Below are positions 56,401 to 64,000 of a stretch of DNA of 64,000 nt, piece by piece. The position numbers and the translations under genes are program-made. The notes beneath the pieces are model-generated. The model was not told the origin of the DNA. It ran no database searches and saw only the letters and a program-made list of their open reading frames with translations. Source of the stretch: the human T2T-CHM13v2.0 reference genome, Homo sapiens; the NCBI RefSeq assembly GCF_009914755.1, contig NC_060933.1. One strand, given 5' to 3'. Every line of letters starts with the position of its first letter. The stretch's first letter is position 1.

Positions 56401-59400
56401 GAATGGAATGGTACGGAATAGAATGGAATGGAATGAATTGTAATGGAATGGAATTGAATGGAATGGAATGGAATGGAATGGAATCAACGCGAGTGCAGGG
56501 GAATGTAATGGAACGGAATGCAATGGAATGGAATCATCCGGAATGGAATGGAATGGATTGGAATGGAATGGAATCAACCCAAGTGCAATGGAATGGAGTG
56601 GAATGGAATGGAATGGAATGGAACAACCCGAATGGAATGGAATGTAATGGAGAGTAAGGGAGTTGAATAGAATCAATCCGAATGTAATGGAATGGAATGG
56701 AACGGAATGGAATTGAATGGAATGGAATGGAATGCAATGGAATGGAACCAACCCGAGTGCTATGGAATGGAGTGGAATGGAATGGAATGGAATGGAACAA
56801 CCCGAATGGAATGGAATGTAATGGAGAGTAAGGGAGTTGAATAGAATCAATCCGAATGTAATGGAATGGAATGCAACGGAATGGAATGGAATGGAATGGA
56901 ATGGAATGCAATGGAATGGAATCAACCCGAGTACAATGGAATGGAATGGAATGGAATGGAATGGAATGGAATGGAATGGAATGGAATGGAATGATACGGA
57001 ATAGAATGGAATGGAATGGAATGGAATGGAATGGAATGGAATGGAATGGAATGGAATCGTTCCGAGTGGAATAGGAGGGAATGTATTCGAGTGGAATGGA
57101 AAGGAATGGAATCAACCAGAGTGGAATGGAAGGGAATGGAATGGAATGGAAACTAATAGAATGGAATCAACCCGAGTGGAATGGAATGGAAAGGACTGGA
57201 ATGGAATGGAATGGAATGGAATCAACTCGATTGTAATGGAATGGAATGGAATGGAATGGAATGGAATTAACCCGAATACAATGGAATGGAATGGAATGGA
57301 ACGGAATGGAGTGGAATGGAATGGAATCAACCCGAGTGCAGGGGATTGGAATGGAATGGAATGCAATGGAATGGAATCATCCGGAATGGAATGGAATGGA
57401 ATGGAATGGAATCAACCCGAATGCAGGGGAATGGAATGGAATGGAATGCAATGGAATGGATTCAACTTGAATGGAATGGAAAGAATGGAATCAACACGAG
57501 TGCAATGGCATGGATTGGAATGGAATGGAATGGAATGGAATCAACCCGAGTACAGGGGAATGGAATGGAATGGAATGGAATGGAATGGAATGGAATGGAA
57601 TGGAATGGAATCAACTCGATTGCAATCGAATGGAATGGAATGGAATTAACCCGAATAGAATGGAAGGGAATGGAATGGAACGGAACGGAACGGAATGGAA
57701 TGGATTGGAATGGAATGGAATGGAAAGGAATGGAACGGAAAGGAATGGAATGGAATGGAATGGAATGGAATGGAATGGAATGGAATGGAATAGAATGGAA
57801 TCAACGCGAGTGCAGGGGAATGGAATGGAATGGAATGCAATGGAATGGAATCTTCCGGAATGGAATGGAATGGAATGGAATGGAATGGAATGCAATGGAA
57901 TAATCCCGAGTGCAATGGAATGGAGTGGAATGGAATGGAATGGAATGGAACAACCCGAATGCAATGGAATGTAATGGAGAGTAAGGGAGTTGAATAGAAT
58001 CAATCCGAATGTAATGGAATGGAATGGAACGGAATGGAATTGAATGGAATGGAATGGAATGCAATGGAATGGAATCAACCCGAGTGCAATGGAATGGAGA
58101 GGAATGGAATGGAATGGAATGGAATGGAAACTACCCGAATGGAATGGAATGTAATGGAGTGTAAGGGAATTGAATAGAATCAATCCGAATGTAATGGAAT
58201 GGAATGGAACGGAAGGGAATGGAATGGAATGGAATGGAATGCAATGGAATGGAATCAACCCGAGTGCAATCGAATGGAATCGAATGGAATGGAATGCAAT
58301 GGAATGGATTCAACTTGAATGGAATGGAAAGAATGGAATCAACACGAGTGGAATGGCATGGATTGGAATGGAATGGAATGGAATCAACCCGAGTACAGAG
58401 GAATGGAATGGAATGGAATGCAATGGAAGGGAATCATCCGTAATGGAATGGAAAGGAATGGAAGGGAATGGAATGGAATGGAATGGAATCAACTCGATTG
58501 CAATCGAATGGAATGGAATGGAATTAACCCGAACAGAATGGAATGGAATGGAATGGAACGGAACGGAATGGAATGGAATGGAATGGAATGGAATGGAATG
58601 GAATGGAACGGAACGGAACGGAAAGGAGCGGAATGGAATGGAATGGAATGGAATGGAATGGAATGGAATGGAATGGAATCAACGCGAGTGCAGGGAAATG
58701 GAATGGAATGGAATGCAATGGAATGGAATCTTCCGGAATGGAATGGAATGGAATGGAATGGAATGGAATGAAATGCAATGGATTCAACTCGATTGCAATG
58801 GAATGGAATAGAATGGAATGGAATGGAATGGAATTAACCCGAATAGAATGGAATGGAATGGAATGGAACGGAATGGAACGGAATGGAATGGAATGGAATG
58901 GAATGCAATGGAATGGTATGGAATAGAATGGAATGGTACGGAATAGAATGGAATGGAACGAATTGTAATGGAATGGGATTGAATGGAATGGAATGGAATG
59001 GAATGGAATCAACGCGAGTGCATTGGAATGTAATGGAAGGGAATGCAATGGAATGGAATCATCCGGAATGGAATGGAATGGAATGGAATGGAATGGAATC
59101 AACCTGAGTGCAATGGAATGGAGTGGAATGGAATGGAAAGGAATGGAACAACCCGAATGGAATGGAATGTAATGGAGAGTAAGGGAGTTGAATAGAATCA
59201 ATCCGAATGTAATGGAATGGAATGCAACGGAATGGAATGGAATGGAATGGAATGGAATGCAATGGAATGGAATCAACCTGAGTACAATGGAATGCAATGG
59301 AATGGAATGGAATGGAATGGAATGGAATGGAATGGAATGCCTTCAAACCGAATGGAATGGAAAGGAGTGGAATCAACACGAGTGCAATGGAATGGAATGG

Positions 59401-62400
59401 AATGGAATGGAATGGAATGGAATGATACGGAATAGAATGGAATGGAACGAACTGGAATGGAATGGAATGGAATGGAATAGAATGGAATGGAATGGAATGG
59501 AATCGTTCCGAGTGGAATAGGAGGGAATGTATTCGAGTGGAAAGGAAAGGAATGGAATCAACCAGAGTGGAATGGAAGGGAATGGAATGGAATGGAAACT
59601 AATAGAATGGAATCAACCCGAGTGGAATGGAATGGAAAGGACTGGAATGGAATGGAATGGAATGGAATCAACTCGATTGTAATGGAATGGAATGGAATGC
59701 AATGGAATGGAATCAACACGAGTGCAGGGGAATGGAATGGAATCGAATGGAATGGAATGGAATGGAATGGAATCAACCCGAGTGTAGGGGAATGTAATGG
59801 AACGGAATGCAATGGAATGGAATCATCCGGAATGGAATGGAATGGAATGGAATGGAATCAACCCGAGTGCAATGGAATGGAGTGGAGTGGAATGGAATGG
59901 AATGGAACAACCCGAATGGAATGGAATGTAATGGAGAGTAAGGGAGTTGAAAAGAATCAATCCGAATGTAATGGAATGGAATGGAACGGAATGGAATGGA
60001 ATGGAATGGAATGGAATGGAATGCAATGGAATGGAATCAACCCGAGTACAATGGAACGGAATGGAATGGAATGGAATGGAAAGGAATGGAATGGAATGGA
60101 ATGGAATGGAATGGAATCAACCCGAGTGCAATGGAATGGAGAGGAATGGAATGGAATGGATTGGAAACTACCCGAATGGAATGGAATGTAATGGAGTGTA
60201 AGGGAATTGAATAGAATCAATCCGAATGGAATGGAATGGAACAGAATGTAATGTAATGGAATGGAATGGAATCAACCCGAGTGCAGGGGAATGGAATGGA
60301 ATGGAATGCAATGGAATGGAATCATCCGGAATGGAATGGAATGGAATGCAATGGAATGGAATGGAATGGAATCAACCCGAGTGCATTGGAATGTAAAGGA
60401 ATGGAATGGAATGGAATGGAATGGAATGGAATGGAATGGAATCAACGCGAGTGCAGGGGAATGGAATGTAATGGAATGCAATGGAATGGAATCTTCCGGA
60501 ATGGAATGGAATGGAATGGAATAAACCCGAGTGCAATGGAATGGAGTGGAATGGAATGGAATGGAATGGAACAACCCGAATGGAATGGAATGTAATGGAG
60601 AGTAAGGCAGTTGAATAGAATCAATCCGAATTTAATGGAATGGAAGGGAATGGAATGGAATGCAATGGAATGGAATCAACCCGAGTGCAATCGAATGGAA
60701 TCGAATGGAATGGAATGCAATGGAATGGATTCAACTTGAATGGAATGGAAAGAATGGAATCAACACGAGTGGAATGGGATGGATTGGAATGGAATGGAAT
60801 GGAATCAACCCGATTACAGTGGAATGGAATGGAATGGAATGCAATGGAATGCAATCATCCGTAATGGAATGGAAAGGAATGGAATGGAATGGAATGGAAT
60901 GGAATGGAATGGAATGGAATCAACTCGATTGCAATCGAATGGAATGGAATGGAATTAACCCGAATAGAATGGAATGGAATGGAATGGAACGGAAAGGAAT
61001 GGAATGGAATGGAATGGAATGGAATGGAATGGAACGGAAAGGAAGGGAATGGAATGGAATAGAATGGAATGGAATGGAATCAACGCGAGTGCAGGGGAAT
61101 GGAATGGAATGGAATGCAATGGAATGGAATCTTCCGGAATGGAATGGAATGGAATGGAATGGAATGGAATGGAATGGAATCAACCCAAGTGCAATGGAAT
61201 GGAGTGGAATGGAATGGAAAGGAATGGAACAACCCGCATGGAATGGAATGTAATGGAGAGTAAGGGAGTTGAATAGAATCAATCCGAATGTAATGGAATG
61301 GAATGGAACGGAATGGAATTGAATGAAATGGAATGGAATGCAATGGAATGGAATCAACCCGAGTGCAATGGAATGGAGAGGAATGGAATGGAATGGAATG
61401 GAAACTACGCGAATGGAATGGAATGTAATGGAGTGTAAGGGAATTGAATAGAATCAATCCGAATGTAATGGAATGGAATGGAACGGAATGGAATGGAATG
61501 GAATGGAATGGAATGGAATGGAATGCAATGGAATGGAATGAACCCGAGTGCAATCGAATGGAATCGAATGGAATGGAATGCAATGGAATGGATTCAACTT
61601 GAATGGAATGGAAAGAATGGAATCAACACGAGTGGAATGGCATGGATTGGAATGGAATGGAATGGAATCAACCCGAGTACAGGGGAATGGAATGGAATGG
61701 AATGCAATGGAATGGAATCATCCGGAATGGAATGGAATGGAATGCAATGGAATGGAATGGAATGGAATCAACCCGAGTGTAATGGAATGGAGTGAAATGG
61801 AATGGAATGGAATGGAGACAACAAGAATGGATTGGAATATAATGGAGTGTAAGGGAATTGAATAGAATCAATCTGAATGTAATGAAATGGAATGGAACGG
61901 AATGGAATGGAATGGAATGGAATGGAATGGAATGGAATTTAATGGAATGCAATGGAATGCAATCAACCCGAGTGCAATCGAATGGAATCGAATGGAATGG
62001 AATGCAATGGAATGGATTCAACTTGAATGGAATGGAAAGAATGGAATCAACACGAGTGGAATGGCATGGATTGGAATGGAATGGAATGGAATCAACCCGA
62101 GTACAGGGGAATGGAATGGAATGGAATGCAATGGAATGGAATCATCCGTAATGGAATGGAAAGGAATGGAATGGAATGGAATGGAATGGAATAGAATGGA
62201 GTCAACTCGATTGCAATCGAATGGAATGGAATGGAATTAACCCGAATAGAATGGAATGGAATGGAATGGAACGGAACGGAATGGAATGGAATGGAATGGA
62301 ATGGAATGGAACGGAACGGAAAGGAAGGGAATGGAATGGAATAGAATGGAATGGAATGGAATCAACCCGAGTACAGCGGAATGGAATGGAATGGAGTGCA

Positions 62401-64000
62401 ATGGAATGGAATCTTCCGGAATGGAATCGAATGGAATGGAATGGAATGGAATCAACCCGAGTACAATGGAATGGAGTGGAATGGAATGGAATGGAATGGA
62501 ACAACCCGAATGGAATGGAATGTAATGGAGAGTAAGGGAGTTGAATAGAATCAATCCGAATGTAATGGAATGGAATGGAACGGAATGGAATTGAATGGAA
62601 TGGAATGGAATGCAATGGAATGGAATCAACCCGAGTGCAATGGAATGGAGAGGAATGGAATGGAATGGAATGGAAACTACCCGAATGGAATGGAATGTAA
62701 TGGAGTGTAAGGGAATTGAATAGAATCAATCCGAATGTAATGGAATGGAATGGAACGGAATGGAATGGAATGGAATGGAATGGAATGGAATGCAATGGAA
62801 TGGATTCAACTTGAATGGAATGGAAAGAATGGAATCAACACGAGTGGAATGGCATGGATAGGAATGGAATCAACCCGAGTACAGGGGAATGGAATGGAAT
62901 GGAATGCAATGGAATGGAATGGAATGCAATGGAATGGAATCATCCGTAATGGAATGGAAAGGAATGGAATGGAATGGAATGGAATCGAATGGAATGGAAT
63001 GGAATCAACTCGATTGCAATCGAATGGAATGGAATGGAATTAACCCGAATAGAATGGAATGGAATGGAATGGAACGGAATGGAATGGAATGGAATGGAAT
63101 GGAATGGAATGGAATGGAACGGAACGGAACGGAACGGAATGGAATGGAATGGAATGGAATGGAATCAACGCGAGTGCAGGGGAATGGAATGGAATGGAAT
63201 GCAATGGAATGGAATCATCCGGAATGGAATGGAATGGAATGGAATGCAAAGCAATGGAATCAACTCGATTGCAATGGAATGGAATGGAATGGAAAGGAAT
63301 ACATTGGAATCAAACCGAGTGGAATGGAATGGAAAGGACTGGAATGGAGTGGAATGGAATGGAATGGAATGGAATGAAATCAACTCGATTGGAATGGAAT
63401 GGAATGGAATGGAATGGAATGGAATTAACCCGAATAGAATGGAGTGGAATGGAATGGAACGGAACGGAATGGAATGGAATGGAATGGAATGGAATGGAAT
63501 GGAATGGAATGGAATCAACCCGACTGCAGGGGAATGGAATGGAATGGAATGCAATGGAATGGATTCAACTTGAATGGAATGGTAAGAATGGAATCAACAC
63601 GAGTGGAATGGCATGGATTGGAATGGAATGGAATGGAATCAACCCGAGTACAGCGGAATGGAATGGAATGGAATGCAATGGAATGGAATCATCCGTAATG
63701 GAATGGAAAGGAATGGAATGGAATGGAATGGAATGGAATGGAATGGAATGGAATCAACTCGATTGCAATCGAATGGAATGGAATGGAATTAACCCGAATA
63801 GAATGGAATGGAATTGAATGGAATGGAACGGAACGGAATGGAATGGATTGGAATGGAATGGAATGGAATGGAATGGAACGGAAAGGAATGGAATAGAATG
63901 GAATGGAATGGAATGGAATGGAATGGAATTAACCCGAATACAATGGAATGGAATGGAATGGAACGGAATGGAGTGGAATGGAATGGAAGCAACCCGAGTG

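Larger units (their letters stand above)
1..64000 (+). repeat. Satellite III (HSat3) array, (GGAAT)n/(ATTCC)n with interspersed CAACCCGAGT-type 10-mers; pericentromeric heterochromatin
   Basis: GGAAT pentamer dominates every line. It is interrupted by CAACCCGAGT, CAACTCGATT, TAACCCGAAT, CAACGCGAGT, CAACACGAGT, CATCCG and CTTCCG cassettes, which match the established HSat3 signature. There is no unique sequence and no strand switch. Confidence 0.97.

Noticed and set aside
10-63992. Hundreds of ORFs up to ~350 aa (MEWNG.. on +, HSIPF.. on -)
   Set aside because: A stop-free pentamer repeat gives the same peptide in all frames. The ORFs overlap in all six frames, end wherever variant cassettes happen to create stops, and show no domain or codon structure.
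1-64000. CRISPR-like alternation of conserved cassettes and intervening sequence
   Set aside because: The 'spacers' are just GGAAT runs rather than unique sequence, the cassettes are of many types, and there are no cas genes or leader.
1-64000. HSat2, or a regular single-period HOR such as Y-chromosome DYZ1
   Set aside because: The CATTCGATTC-dominated HSat2 pattern is lacking, and no single constant multi-kb period spans the window.
1-64000. Inversion breakpoint or transposon (L1/Alu) insertion within the array
   Set aside because: No switch to CATTC on the + strand, and no non-satellite stretch, poly(A) tail or target-site duplication was seen.

Overview
The whole 64 kb is one uninterrupted, single-orientation array of primate (most likely human) classical satellite III (HSat3). 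It consists of (GGAAT)n on the + strand, punctuated by a small vocabulary of CAACCCGAGT-family cassettes. The cassette set resembles my recollection of the chromosome 9q12 stress-inducible SatIII (HSat3B5/pHuR98-like), but I cannot confirm this without alignment. I see no credible protein-coding gene, RNA gene, transposon, inversion or CRISPR array; all listed ORFs are pentamer-repeat artefacts (MEWNG / HSIPF). The informative structure lies inside the satellite: (1) about 48 perfect three-unit heat-shock elements (nGAAnnTTCnnGAAn) generated by one cassette; (2) a fixed cassette grammar whose register slips were all -1 as far as I could see; (3) a seemingly identical 2.8-kb duplication at an offset of 6666 bp, with inferable polarity; (4) a young mosaic ~2-kb higher-order repeat at 42-50 kb and an older ~2.7-kb periodicity at 12-20.7 kb; (5) a distinct sub-domain at 20.4-25.9 kb; and (6) a deletion-derived paralog pair. 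All counts and coordinates were read by eye and may be off by a few bases or copies.
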